Shown: positions 49,650-62,899 of the stretch, one piece after another
Layout: each line of letters opens with the position of its first letter
How positions within the stretch are numbered: position 1 is the first letter of the stretch
NCBI GenBank assembly: GCA_030704615.1
Contig: CM060734.1
Span: 20,584,001-20,648,000 of the forward strand
Reading direction: 5' to 3'
Length of the DNA: 64,000 bases
Origin: Takakia lepidozioides
Lineage: Eukaryota > Plantae > Bryophyta
Position numbers and translations under genes: made by a program
Notes under the pieces: model-generated
What the model saw: the letters and a program-made list of their open reading frames with translations, nothing else
Told to the model about the DNA's origin: nothing
Database searches by the model: none

Positions 49650-52600
49650 TTCTTCAACAGTGTCATCCATGAGTTTAAGAGCATCTGGAAGGTCATAGTC
49701 TCCTTGAAACACTCCCAGAGCGTCTAGAGGATCTGTCTCTTCATCTTGTGCTTCTGGTCGAACAAGAAACAGAATTGCGTCGGGAAGTTGATCTTCTACC
49801 CCCGTGGCTGGTTCTCCTGTAGTAATCCTTGACAGATGATCTGCTGTAACATGTAATCTTCCTGGTTTATGAACAACTTCAAAATCAGACTCATGAAGAA
49901 GTAATAGCCATCGAGCAACCCTGCCACTAGCTAGTGGTCGATTTGCTAAATGAACTAGAGCATGATGATCAACAATAAACTTAAAGCGATTGCCAAGTAC
50001 ATAATACCGAAACTTTGAACAACATAAATCATTGCCAATGCTTCCCTTTCTGTGGTGCTATAGTTCTTCTCGGGTGCTGTCAACAATCTGCTTGCATAAT
50101 AGATTGGTGAATCTATTGTGCCCGTCACATTCTGAGCTAGAACTGCCCCCAAAGCAATGCCCGATGCATCACTGTGTACATGAAATGGTAAATCCCATCT
50201 TGGATTTATCAGAATTGGTGCTGCTGTGAGTGCCCTTTTTAGTGAATCATTTGATTTTTAGCAAGCTGGAGACCATCGGTCATCTTGCTTGAGCAGTCTA
50301 TAGACTGGTGCCGCTCTGTGAGCATATTTGTCCATGTACCTTCTGTGATAGCTTGTCTGTCCCAGAAATCTATGGGTTTCTTGGGATTTTCTGGTGGTGG
50401 TATTTTCTGGATAACCTCCACTTTCTTTGGATCCACCAGAATTCCCTGTGTCCCAACAATAATTTTGAATTCACACAAAATGTACATTTTTCCGGATTGA
50501 GAATTACTCCATTGTTTCTGCAGGCTTGTAGGCAAAGTTTTAATTGTGCCAAGTGTTTGGATTTCTGTCCGAAAACACTGAAATCATCCAAAAATACCTG
50601 CATAAAATCGTTGAGATAATTCTTGAATAACTCAGATACTGCTCGCTGAAACGTGGCTGGTGCGTTGCAAAGTCCAAATGGCATGACTTTGTAAGCATAG
50701 GCTCCCCATTCAGTGATGAATGCGGTCTTTTCTCGGTCTTCTTCCGCCATCTGCACCTGGTTGTACCCACTGAGCCCATCCATAAATGAGCACATCTCAT
50801 GTCCTGCCACTATGTCCAACACTATTTCAGTGAAGGGTAGTGGAAAGGGGTCTTTCTTGGTTCTTGTGTTTAGCTTGCGGTAGTCCACACATACTCATAA
50901 TTTTCCATTTTTCTTGGGTACTATCACAATGGGTGATAACCATTGTGGTGTCTCTACTAGGTATATGAATCCTGCATCTAGTAATTTCTTGATTTCTTCC
51001 CAAACTTTAGCTGCATAGTTGGGGTTCATTCTGTAACGGTTCTGACGAATTGGTTTTGTGTCAACTTCCAATTCAATTCGGTGCTGACAGATGTTAGAAG
51101 GTATACCCTTCAAATCTTTGTAGTTCCAGGCAAATACATCCTTGTATTCAGTGAATAATGCAGTGGCTTCTTGTAGAAATGATTCTTCAAGACCTGCACT
51201 TACTCGTATTATCTGTGGTTCTTCCACTGTTCCCAGATTCACTTGAATCAATTGAGTTTCTTCCGTTACTGTCCATCCTGCAATCTCTTGTCCGATGGTT
51301 GCAATCGTGGCAGGTACTTCACTGAATTTAATGTCCTCTTCCCTTTCTTGATAAAAACGGGCAGGGTGTTGAGGTGTGTCCATAGCTTCTTCCTCCAGAT
51401 CTTCCGTCCTCGGAGTATTCGTTTCTCTTTGGGTGTTCACCATGTGACATCCTACTGTTGTGGTATGTTTGACCATTAATTGCCCAATAGGTTCCAGCTG
51501 TGGATGGGCTGCATATACTGTGGCTTCTTCTTCATCCGACAGTGCACTGGACCAATCATACTCTTCCACTATGGAAGGTCATTTCTCTCATGGAATGGTA
51601 CCTCGTTGTTTCGTAGTGATAGTGACTTGTTCTGATCCATTTTTGATCGTGAGAGTCTGACTTCCCCAATCGTGGTGTGATTGGGCTTGTGTTAACCATT
51701 GTCGGCCAAGTAGTAGTGAATATCCTTCTGCCACATCCTCCATTCTGAGAATGGTTACTGATACTACGTATACTAGTCCTGCTACTTCCATTGCAAGTCG
51801 TCTGATGATACCCAATGGCTGCACTTTTCGTTGATCGGCCATTCGTACCGTGAATGGAGCAGGTTCCATGTGCCCCAATCCTAGTGACTTCTTCATCTTC
51901 TCTGTCATGATATTCACTCCGGATCCTCCATCGATGAGTACATCCGTTACCAGCTTCCGTCCAATACGTACTTGTATTACTGGTATTGCTTCGTCGTAGT
52001 CTGGAGTTTGTTGTATAGTTGTGGGTTTAATCGTGTAAACCTCTGGTGTTGGTTTTTGTTTTGGTGTGGGTGTCAATGCCTCGATTGCCCGAAATAAAGT
52101 TTTCTTGCAGTGTGGAGCAATTTTTAATAATTGTCCAATGGTAATTTGGGTCTTGGTCTGGCAGATTACTTCAGCCGATTCTGTTTCCGTGGTTGCATTC
52201 GTGGTCTTCATCATTGGTCTGAATTGATTATCTAGAGTTGGCTCTCCAGAAGGTATATGGGTTCCCTCTTGCATTTGAGCTATGGCTTTACTTACCTCTT
52301 GGTGCAAGTTTTTTTCTTCCCGCCATGCTGCACTTTCTGGATATTGTTTTCGTTCTTCTTCGATCTCCTTATCTGGAGGTTTTTGTTTCTTGGCCTGAGT
52401 TCGGGTTACCGCAAGGGTATCCACTACAGGAGTTACCACACTCACGGCTACACTCGGTCCGGCTTCTATATTCCCAACTTCTGCCTCATGCTTGATTCGC
52501 AACTGGCATTCATGTTTCCAGTGTCCCTCTTTCTTGCAATAGTGACATCTCGTGATTTCTTTGTTTCTGGGTTGATGTTCTCTATCCCGTGGTGGATAGT

Positions 52601-55600
52601 CATCTCGTGGCCTCTGTTAACGATTACCCATATTGTATCGTCTTGGTCCATCCGATCCTACCCGTCGGATTCGGACTTGGTGTACCCCCACCTCTCGTGT
52701 GTACCCACTTTTCTTGGCCCGTTGATTGTAAATACAATGGCTAGTATTATCACAGTATTTGTCTTTCATGTGGCATTCTGTTGCCAAGTGTCCTACAGTC
52801 CCGCATTTGTGACACCATGTTGCCTTTCGCGGCCCTTCATCTTTAAAATTCTTGATAGCCTTTGTTATCTTCTGATCCAAAGTGGTTTTGTCAATCACTT
52901 CTTTCTTCTTTTGCTTGGGTTTTTCTTCATCATCAGAGTCTTCTTCTTCCAAGGGATCCTTGGAATCTTTACTTCTGCTATGATGAAATCCCAATTCCAA
53001 TTTCTTCGCAGTTCCTACTGCTTCAGCCAAAGTGTTGTTAGGCATTACTGTAACCATGGTTACATATTCAGGACGAAATCCGTTGATGAACCATGATTTT
53101 TGCAAGTCATCACCTGGTGCTTGAGGTAGCTTCCTGATCAGAGTCTTCATTCTCTCCAGGTAGTCGACTACCAATTCTTTCTTTTTCTGTCTCAGGTTCT
53201 GTAATCCTGTGAAGATTTCAGACGTGGATTTGTTGGATCTATATCGTTCTTGAAACGCATCTCTCATATCCGCCCAATTTGAAAAGTGATTGGCTAGAAA
53301 GGTTGCCAACCATTCAATGCCTTTTCTGGCCATTGAACAAGGAAATGATCTTACTGTCTATGAATAAGTATCAGATTGCTTTTGCAATCTACCATGTTGG
53401 ATCTTTTCCTGGTCTGTTGCTTCATTGTAGATGGTGCACATGTTCTCAAATTGATTAAGATGGATATCCGGATCAGATTTCCCATCATATAAAGGGAATG
53501 GCGGTCTAGTTTTGCTTGATGCTAAAGCCATTGGTGCTGCTGGTGCAACTGGTTGTCCAAACTGGGATGGTCCCGCTGCTGCTGGCTGTGGTGATGTTGG
53601 GATTGTCAAAGCTAGTGGTGTTGTTGGTGTTTGTCTTCCAAACAATGATTCAAAGCTAGGAGGTCCTTGTCCCAATGATAGCCGTCTTCCAACTGCTGTC
53701 CCTACTAAGCTTAATGAATCTTTAAAAGCTTTGAGTGCAGTCCTGGTTATCCTTTCTGGAGAAGTACTTTCACTTCTTTCACCTTCTTCACTCAGAATAT
53801 TCTCAAATCTTTCTTCCAATATTTCAGCAAAACCTCGATTTGGACTTGTTACTATAGAAGGTCCTTCATATCTTTCTTGTGGTAACCATTCACCAAGTGC
53901 ATTATTGGCAACTCCTTCTGGTGTAGTGTTCTCACTTTCCAATGATCCGATTTCCTGATCTTCTGGTTTATCACTGTCAATTTGTCTTGATGTCTCACCT
54001 TGAATAATATTCAAGTTTTGTAATTCTGGGAACTATTTTCTCAACCGAGCTTCCCTTTCTGCAACATATTTCTCTATTCTTTCAACTCTGTCTTGCTTAG
54101 CTTTTTCTTTAATTTCCTCATTCATTCCCACATCATATACAGAATTCCTTTTCAGCACCCTTTAATCAGCCTTGGTATGTCAGTAAAGAAAAATTATAGT
54201 GGTCTCTACCCTTTCTCCAAGATTTACCCTATCTTGCCAGAATCCGTATCACGACTTAATTTTCCTTTACTGATTGATCACCAATCTTTTAATGGGCACA
54301 ATAATACCATTTGTCTTTCTCAGTGTATCTGACTTGTAACAAGTATTTGGGTATCCAGTATTCCACTGCTTCTATGATCATATGACAATATTCATAATTT
54401 GAACATCCTTTCCTGAAAATATAACTAGTGTAGCAAACTTTTCTGATTGGGATTAGAGTAATCAATAAAGCCAACGAGACAACCATTCTTCATTTCTGAT
54501 TCTACATTCCCAAGGTGCTCGTGTAATACTGATCACTCCTCCCTTTAATCCCTATTTGTCATCTTCTTTCGCAATTGAAAGAAAGATCTTCTGTTGTATT
54601 GCTATTGGTAAGCCATGAAATTTTTTTAGGAATGCTTTCCATTCCTCTGCTTCCGTTGACTCGTTCTTTTAGATTTCAAGAAATCACTGAGTAACCATCC
54701 TTCCTTGAGTTCACTTGAACTCAACATACCATTAGTCCCCAGTATGGTCGCCAAATGTTAACCGTTGGTTTATGACTTAGACAAAACAAGCTATCAGCAT
54801 TACTGCCCATTTCCCAAGACATGCAACAGAGGTTGTCCGACGGTATGCTTTCAGAAACGATTACAAAGTAATCGTTTTAAGGATAGCTAAACCATGGACG
54901 TCGTATGAATCAATATCTCTACAAGTTGCTTAATCCTATTGATTAAGCCCAACCTACAGTCTCTTTGGCCTAAAAGATCTTAGTCAAAAAGACTGAAGCC
55001 TCTTTGTTCATACAATCAGATGGTAGTCAAGACAAAACAAGAACTATTCTGAGATGATACACATTCTCATCATCTCACGTTCTCTCATAATGCACATTCT
55101 CTCCATCTCACGTTCACTCTACACAGAGATACTTCGAATAGCATGGCTTTACTTCAGAGTTCATCACATCATCGCAGAAGTACACATTGAATCACTCTGA
55201 GTCCACTGAATACACACTGATCACTGATACCTTCTAAGTTGTGTGCAGCCTTTTTATACTATGCTCGAAAGAGCAGCCTGCAGTCATTAATGACCGTTTG
55301 CCTAACTGCCTACGCAACCTAAAGGGTTTGCTAAAAAAGTGGCTCGTTGTAGTGGTTGTGTGCTATAGTGGTAAACGGTCCACTACTTCCTCTGTTAGTA
55401 AAAGCCGATGCTAAGGTGGCTGTGTGATATCGTGGTTCACGGCCCACGGTTGCTACACTACCCACTACTGCTCCCGTGGTAATGTACCTTTGTTCCGCCA
55501 TTTGCTAAGTACCGCGTACTTAGCCTATTATGCTCGTGACCAGGTAGTGTACACCAATCCCCACCCGGTATGTCCCGTCGTGACCCTCGCTGTCTGGCCC

Positions 55601-55620
55601 TCGTAGCTTAGCCGTTATCG
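49650..55620 (-). mobile_element. Non-chromovirus Ty3/Gypsy relic (Tat-like), truncated before integrase
   Basis: LTR ~54756-55620 (outer end uncertain); PBS TGGCGACCATACTGGGGA (tRNA-Arg-like); Gag with CHKCGTVGHLATEC, protease LIDGGSGVNIM, RT FLDDF, RNase H DAS...NYSTTEREALA; several stops and frameshifts. Confidence 0.88.
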
Positions 55621-55884
55621 GTCCTTGTTGTCGAAGACGACCTGGAGATGGAAATCCTCAAGAGCTGGGAATACCTTGACGGAATTCTCTACAATAATGC
55701 CAATGAGAGACAACAATTGGAGGTACAGTGACTCCAATCGGAGCAAAAGCAGTTGGAGGACACGAAGAAGAAACCGAAAAAAGCTATAAAGCCAAAACAA
55801 GGAAATGGAGATGATGACGAAGAAGAGGGGGGAAGAAAACGACGAAAGACCATCTATATAGTGAATAGCTAAGAAAAGAGGCAC

Positions 55885-58413
55885 CTGAAGACTGACGAGA
55901 TTTTTGACCTGGATGAGGCGACGACTCTCATCAAGCAATACCAGGATATATTCCCGTTTGGATTTGAATACGTCCAGGAAGTGGACATCAACCACTGTTT
56001 TTTGGCCCCACAGCATATGGTTTATCGACCACTTTGTGAGAAGCACAAGCTGGAGATTAAATCAAGGCTAGTTGCGTACAACCTAATTGACTCAAAAATG
56101 TCTGTTTACTTGATTCCACGACACGAGACTGATCCCACGAAGGTGTGGAGCAGGAAGCCCGTCAATGAGCGCAAACTGCAGAAGGCGACATATTTTATTA
56201 TTGGAGGCCAACATACATTGATGGCAGCCCAGGTCAGGGGAGGTCTCCCGTGCTGACTCACCTTCAAGAAATTCTACTTACTATTTGACCATGTATTTGT
56301 CCACTATCCATTTTTTATCGTCTCTCTTTTACTGCTAATCAACTGAACTGTGATGATTGCAGGAGCTCTTGGAGGATCTGGCACTGAGTAATGATGTCCT
56401 GATAAAATCGCTACGTACATGGCCTACTAAGATAGTGTACTCGACGGATGAGCTTCGACTGGTGACTATCTCCAAGGTTCTGAACAAGCCCAACAAGGAG
56501 AATCTTTACGAACCGTCTTTCTATGAGAAGGTCCGTCACTGTAGAAAATAATTACAAGGAGCGGCCCCAAAAGTATGATGAGCATCGTCGGGTCGAGACT
56601 CAGCAGTGGAAGGTGAGTCTGACCACCGGAGGTCTCCCATCCTTTCTTTCCATTCATCTATCACTGCAGCGATGCAATGGATGTCTGCATTATAGTCGAT
56701 CGAAATCCAATTTCATCGCCCACACACCAGCAACCACATTCGTTGTCCCAGCAACTTCTCTTCCGTTGAGGTCATCTGGGATGTGTTTTGCTTTGTTTTG
56801 CGGTGCTTCTCTCTTTCTCCAATCTGGTGACATTCTCGATCTGGAAGAGATCCACGCACCATCAAAGATTTCAAGTTGGGGATGATGCTTCATGATGTGA
56901 TTGTCTCTTGGTTACTTAAGTGTTTCTGTACACAGGTTTGACTCTGTTCTAGGTCGAGAATGTCACCAGAAAGAGGAAATGGAGAAGCACCACAATACAA
57001 AGTAGGAGACACTCTAGAAAGAGTGACCAATTGTCAACATCCTCTTGGTTGGTTTAAATCATCAATTGAAGGTGTTTGTAGGAAGTTAGCTAGAAGTGTT
57101 TGAAGTGCTGTCAGCCAGAAGTGTTGGCTGAATGTGAAAGTTAGCAAGGGAGACCTCCCGTGGTAGTTAACTACACTTGCTGGTATGTGCAGGATTACAT
57201 GGTCGGAGCTCAAACCATTTTGGATGTGAAAAGCGACAAAGAGGCAATGCCACTTGTGTTCACCTCCGATCGGACCTGGAATTGCTAGACAAGAGTGTTC
57301 ATGAAATGGGAGAAGGGCGAGCTCATTGACCCCAAAGGGAATATCCCCATGAAAGAGCAGCCAACGCTCAAAAAATCTAGCGTTGCTCGACTGCAGGGTT
57401 TGGACGACAGCCAGATTTGGAAGGTTGCCCACATGTTACTCAAAAACAAAGTGTCGATGCGTCATCCATACACTGGGCCTGACCCCGATGTTCTGAGTCT
57501 AGAGGATTATTGCAAGTACAAGAAGTTGAGGAGGCACATTATTGATGATATCATGGTCGGTTTTGGATTTAAGGAGCCGATGAAGGACAACTGACATCCA
57601 TACACAAAGTTGGAGTGGACCGCCATCAAACATAAGTACGAAATCAACAAGGCCCAGTTTGTGCACTTTAAGAGTGCTCTCGGGAACCCCTACCTTGACG
57701 CGAAAATGAAGCCAACGACGGGAAAGTAGAAGCAACCACTTCAATTTCTGAATTTAATTCAAGTCGTGAAATCGCTTGCAGAGACTCCACGAGGTTCGCT
57801 TGATAGAGTTTACAGTGTGTGCGAGATTGGAAACAGGGCTCGGGAGATTGGGACGGTAGCAATGTTCGCCACAAAAGCATTTGAAGTTGTTTCGCTCATC
57901 ATGATCTGTACATTGAATGAGCGTCCAGACAAGATCGAGCCTTGGACGAAGAATGAGTTCGCCGACCTCTTCAATGGCATGAGGTCAAGAAAAATCAGGA
58001 CCAACGTATTATGTGTCATCACCGATACTGATAGCTCTCGTGAGCTGATAGCGTACATTCAATCCACAAAGGGGAAATTCCTTATAGAGACGAGCTTCTA
58101 CATTCCATCGAAGAAGGAGATTTTTTTTCAAGACAAGGAATTTTGAGACTCCAGTAATTCATTTCCATTTCATTTTTCCGACGGCAGACGTGGAGTGGGA
58201 CAACGTGGACGAGGTCGTGCAGAGGAGCATCACAGCCGACAATCGATACATCCCAAGAGTGCTACGTACAGAGGCGGAAGAATCTGAAAATCCTCTGCAA
58301 AGTCACTATGAGATCCGATCATCGGCCATCGACCAGGTCGTTGAGACATTCTGTCCGGAGGGCTCTTCGGTTGTCAATGTGTATTGTGGCGGGATTGTCA
58401 CATACTCGCTTCT
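55885..58413 (+). pseudogene. Decayed multi-exon gene E: ParB-like N-terminus and degenerate MTase-like C-terminus (distant lineage)
   Basis: VDINHCFLAP...YRPL...YFIIGGQHTLMAAQ then a GT donor; C-terminal EIRSSAIDQVVETFCPEGSSVVNVYCGG resembles beta-MTase motif X/I; stops and frameshifts present. Confidence 0.55.
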
Positions 58414-58559
58414 GGTAAGAACCTACAAACTCAAATCTTAATTTGCTTCGTCCATTGACTCAAATGTTAATTTTCTTCGTGAAATTGCTTCGTCCAGTGA
58501 CGAGAGATCTCTCGTCCATCCTTTGTCGGGAGATCTCCCGTCGTTCGTTTAGCGGATAC

Positions 58560-60725
58560 ATCCGGCGGTAAATTAAGTTCAATCAGGACACTAGTGATAC
58601 CCAGGTGATTAACCACACATTCATTACGGGGATTTCAAGAGCCTGAACAGACTTACCTTGTAAACCACAAGACTTTATGCAACACTGACAATGTTGGATA
58701 AGATCTTGTAGTTAACTTGGTAAGTATGGCCAGACAGAAAACTTGAAGTATTTCCCAGATTGTGAGAGCTCTCATATTGCTTCAAATGATGGGTTGAAAG
58801 TGTGCTTAGGAAGTCACCATATTTTCCAAGCGATTTTTTGACCTCCTTCTACGGGAGACCTCCCTTCCTTCTTTTTCCAGGTTCATATGTGCCTTTCACT
58901 GTATCCAGTTTGTAGAATTTGGGTCATTGAAACCTTCTCCCTTCCGGTCCATTGACCATTCAAGTATTTCAAGATGAACCTCGAGTAGGACTTGGCTGGC
59001 TCGACACGAACTGATACCCAAGTGATCCATAACATTCATGACGGGACATTTGGAGTGCAGCCAAATACTTACAGAGGGCGACACAAGTCTTTATATTACA
59101 TACTGGCGATGTAATCTAAAATCTTGCGTGGTTTTCATGTAAGTATGGCCATGCACAAGCTGAATTGTCACTGCTAAGAATGATGATGGGTTGAAAGTGT
59201 TTTTGGCAGAAGTCCAGTGAACGACCTTTTGACCATTCATTTGAACAATCATTTGAGATGAACCTCGCGCTAGACTACTGCTTCAAAAACTCTACTGATA
59301 CCCACGTGATTAGCTACATTGATTGCAGGACTTCTGTGGTTGCCTCTGTATTGTTGCAAAGTGATACACAAGACTTTACTTAACACACTTGCGATGTTAT
59401 CTAACATCTTGGGTATCACTTTGTAACTATGGCCATGCACATGCAAGAATGTCTCTGCTTTGAATGCTATATCCTTGCTTCAAATGATGATGGGTTGAAA
59501 GTGTTTGCTGGCAGACGTGGATTGACGGGAGATCTCCCGGCTTTACTATGTCGGGAGACCTCCCGTTGTTGCTTTCTCGGAAGATATCCCGCCTCTCTAG
59601 TACGGGAGGTCTCCCGTGCTATTAAAGACCTTCTTTTCTGCCTGTTTAAGTTGACCAGTCTGACACAAAACACTATTAATAACCCAGGTGATTAACCACA
59701 ATGATTAAGGGGATTTCAAGAGTGCATGATCAAACTTACCATGTAAACCACAAGACTTTGTGTATCATTGGCAATGTTATATAAGATCTCGTGGTTTACT
59801 TGATAAGTATGGCAAGCCAGAAACTTGGAGTAATTCCCAGATTGATTCAATGATGATGGGTCAACTGTGAGTGCTGGCAGAATTTCATTGACGGGAGATA
59901 TTCTGTTCTTCCATTGACGGGAGACCTCCCGTCCTCCCTTTCACTATACTTATTGAGTCTTATCCGGCGAGGAAGTACCCACATGATTATCCAGATTCAT
60001 TCTGAGTGCATGCACATTCCTACAATGTGATACACAAGACTTTATTTAACACAATGGCGATGTTATCTAAGATCTTGTGGATCAATTTGTGGGCATGGAC
60101 ATTCTAAGTCTCTAAAAATGAGTCCTCTGTTATTGCTTCAAATGATGGGTTTAATGTGTGAGATGGAAGTATGTACGTACGTACATACGTGAGATGGAAT
60201 AGTTTATAAGGATGTTGTTCCGAATTATATTGAATTTTTGTTTAAGTCCTTTGACAGGACACCTCCCTTCATACATTGCCAATTCCTACTGATACCCATT
60301 TGATTAGTAACATTCATTATGGGACATTTTGGGTTGTAGCCAAATAGTTACAGAGGGTCACACAAGTCTTTATGTTACACTCTGGCGATGTAATCTAAAA
60401 TCTTATGTGGCCTTCATGTAATTCTTGGCATGCACAAGCCTGAATAGTTCTTGCTTACGATGATGGGCGGAAAATGTGAGTAGGCAGAGGTCCATTGAAT
60501 ATCCTATTTGATTAGAAACAACCCAAGTGATTAGTAACATTCATTACGGGACATTTCTAGGTGCAGCCAAATAGTTACAGAGGGTCACACAAGTCTTTAT
60601 ATTACACACTGGCGATGTAATCTAAAATCTTGTGTGGCCTTCATGTAATTCTGGCCATGCACAAGCCTGAAATGTGTTTGCTCGGTTAATGTTTGAAATT
60701 ATGATGGGTTGAAAGTGTGAGATGT
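58560..60725. repeat. Degenerate tandem repeat, ~7 units of 230-420 bp
   Basis: Recurring CACAAG(A/T)CTTT...GCGATGT(A/T)ATCTAA...ATGATGGGTTGAAAGTG at ~58666, 59082, 59367, 59749, 60033, 60360, 60588. Confidence 0.8.
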
Positions 60726-60943
60726 TGGAAGTTTCGATTTATGAATGACAGTGTTAAAATACCATTCATCCAACTAAATCATCCATAAATGATTATACTT
60801 GCCACCTGTCATTTTCACAGATCTACGTGTACTACATGACAGTGTGACTTAAGCTACACTGCTGTGAGACAAGCTACACTGCTACATGAGACAAGCCTTG
60901 GTCAACACGCATAGTCATACAGTTGACCTGAGTCCCTTTATCC

Positions 60944-61133
60944 ACGTGTCCTACCAGTGTGACATAATCCACACTAGTGTAAAATAACCCCAGTAACCTT
61001 TCTCACACCATGTCTAGTCAGCATGCCACATCTAAGTCCCTTAATCGACGTGTCCAACCAATGTGGCATAATCCACACTAGTGTAAGATAAGTAACCTTT
61101 CTCACACACCATGTCTAGTCAGCATGCCACATC
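60944..61133. repeat. ~104-bp-period direct duplication
   Basis: ACGTGTCC...CATAATCCACACTAGTGTAA...CCATGTCTAGTCAGCATGCCACATC occurs twice. Confidence 0.8.
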
Positions 61134-61380
61134 ATATGGTTGACCCCCATTGTGTGGATTAACTTACACTATATGGCTCATTCTCATATTGATGGGAGAT
61201 AAGCCTTGTATATTGTTCGACACCGTCTCGGTCAACGACCGTTGACCACAGAAGGTGTGAGCATGGTGTAGACTAGTCTACACGAAGTGGCTTTTCTTAC
61301 ACTGGCTCAATCTACACCCACGAAATTTTACAGCGGTGTAAGATTATGTGTAAGAAAAGCCAAGTGTGAACTACCCCTGA

Positions 61381-61468
61381 TGTAAACAACCAACATGTAG
61401 CCCAGTGGTAAGGGCATATACCCTCTTACGGGTGGTTGTGGGTTCAAACCACCCTGTTGGTTGTTACA
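61381..61468 (+). other. tRNA-like hairpin with Pol III A/B-box-like motifs (not a canonical tRNA)
   Basis: TAGCCCAGTGG and GGTTCAAACC; D-like stem GCCC/GGGC; T-like stem GTGG/CCAC; ~14-bp closing stem; anticodon arm malformed. Confidence 0.45.
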
Positions 61469-61714
61469 AAGGTGTCCACCTTCTTACCGGAAGGCAGTAG
61501 CCCTTTTGGGTCAAGTGACTCCCAAAAGGGGCTGGCCCCCAACTTAGAAAAATGGCGCCAAATTTCCAGTTACAGTGCCAGCCACCCCAGGGACTTAGCC
61601 ATTTCCAGGGCCCGGAACTGGAAATTCGGCGCCATTTTTCGAGGTTGGGTCCCAAAGTGGCTAAGTCCCAGAAGGGGCTGCCTCGTCCACTGGTAAAATG
61701 GCGCCGAATTTCCA

Positions 61715-62898
61715 GCAGGTATTCAGGAGAAGTTGAATGAGAAGAAAAAAGGGGTGAAGAAAAAGACACGGAAACAGGGGAGTGCAGCAACCCCAAAGAA
61801 GCAGAAAACCAACTGGGCACGAGAAGAGGCGAAGGAGGGGCCCGAAGGGAGCGACTCGGACGACGACTTTGTGGAAGGTCCTGCCCCTGCTGCTGCTGCT
61901 ACCAAGTCACCGATAGTCCGGGTTCCCAAGTCAGTTCAGAGTGGGACTGGCTCTGCCAAGAAGTTGGCATTTGAGGGCGAGCCTACACGGCGATATTCGG
62001 CGGTGACGTTTCCCGACAAGCCAAAGTTAGTACCCCCTAGACTCATCCAATGTGTCAACGAGAGCTTCCTTGACGCTTTGGCTGCCAGGGCGAGGAAGGT
62101 GGCACACACCAAGTCTCTGGAGGAGCTCAAGGGGAAAGCGAAGAAGAGGGCTACCGCTGTAGAGCCTAAAGACAGTACCCCAAGTTTCGAAGCCATGATG
62201 GAATTCTTCACGGCTTGCAGCAGGGATTGTACGAGCACTCGGGGGGGGGGGGGGGCTTGCGGTGGAGAGAGCCTGCGATATAATTCTCCTCGATATCCAG
62301 ATGGGGAGCTGCTGGAGGGCCTGGATGGTGTGCCCACCTGGAACAAGTTTACTAAGGACTACTGGAGAGCCGGGTTTGGGCTGACGGGGATGCTCCTGGA
62401 TGACGGTGGATGTATGGTGGTCCCTGCCACAAGTGGGACGACAAAGAATGTTGTGGCAAGGTGGACACCGAAAAGTGCCACCCCGGTCCTCCTCAAAAAA
62501 TGGTTCTGCATCAACACGCAGGGGTTACGAACAGAGGGCCAGAGTGTAAGTTATCAATCTATTGCTTTCACTTCATATCGTGGTGTATCTAAACTAAAGC
62601 TTGGAGTTGATCATTTTTTTCTTGGATGTGCAAACATTGGTGTTTGAGGCATATTGTTTTGTGAAGAGAGGGTCTACGTTCAAATTCCGCAGCGACGGTC
62701 GTCTTGTTGATGCCGCTGTGGACCCTCTTACCTACGATGTCCTCTACAACTATGTGCCGCACTCCAGTATGCCGGAAGGACATAAAGACAGGAAAACCGT
62801 GGCGGTACAGCCGGACCCGGAGCCCTGCTTTCATCCAAACCCTCATGGAGACGTGTACCGATGTCCAAGGGCGGATTCTTGACCTCACATATGGCACG
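61715..62898 (+). pseudogene. Cargo gene fragment C (close paralog of B)
   Basis: Colinear with 26888-28063 (GSAKKLAFEGEPTRRYS, VPTWNKF, RSPAFIQTLMETC...ILDLTYGTG); several frameshifts; preceded by GGCGCC palindromes at 61549-61712. Confidence 0.85.
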
Positions 62899-62899
62899 G

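Noticed and set aside
52257-53096. 279-aa hydrophobic plus-strand ORF
   Set aside because: Antisense shadow of the purine-rich gag of the Tat-like element.
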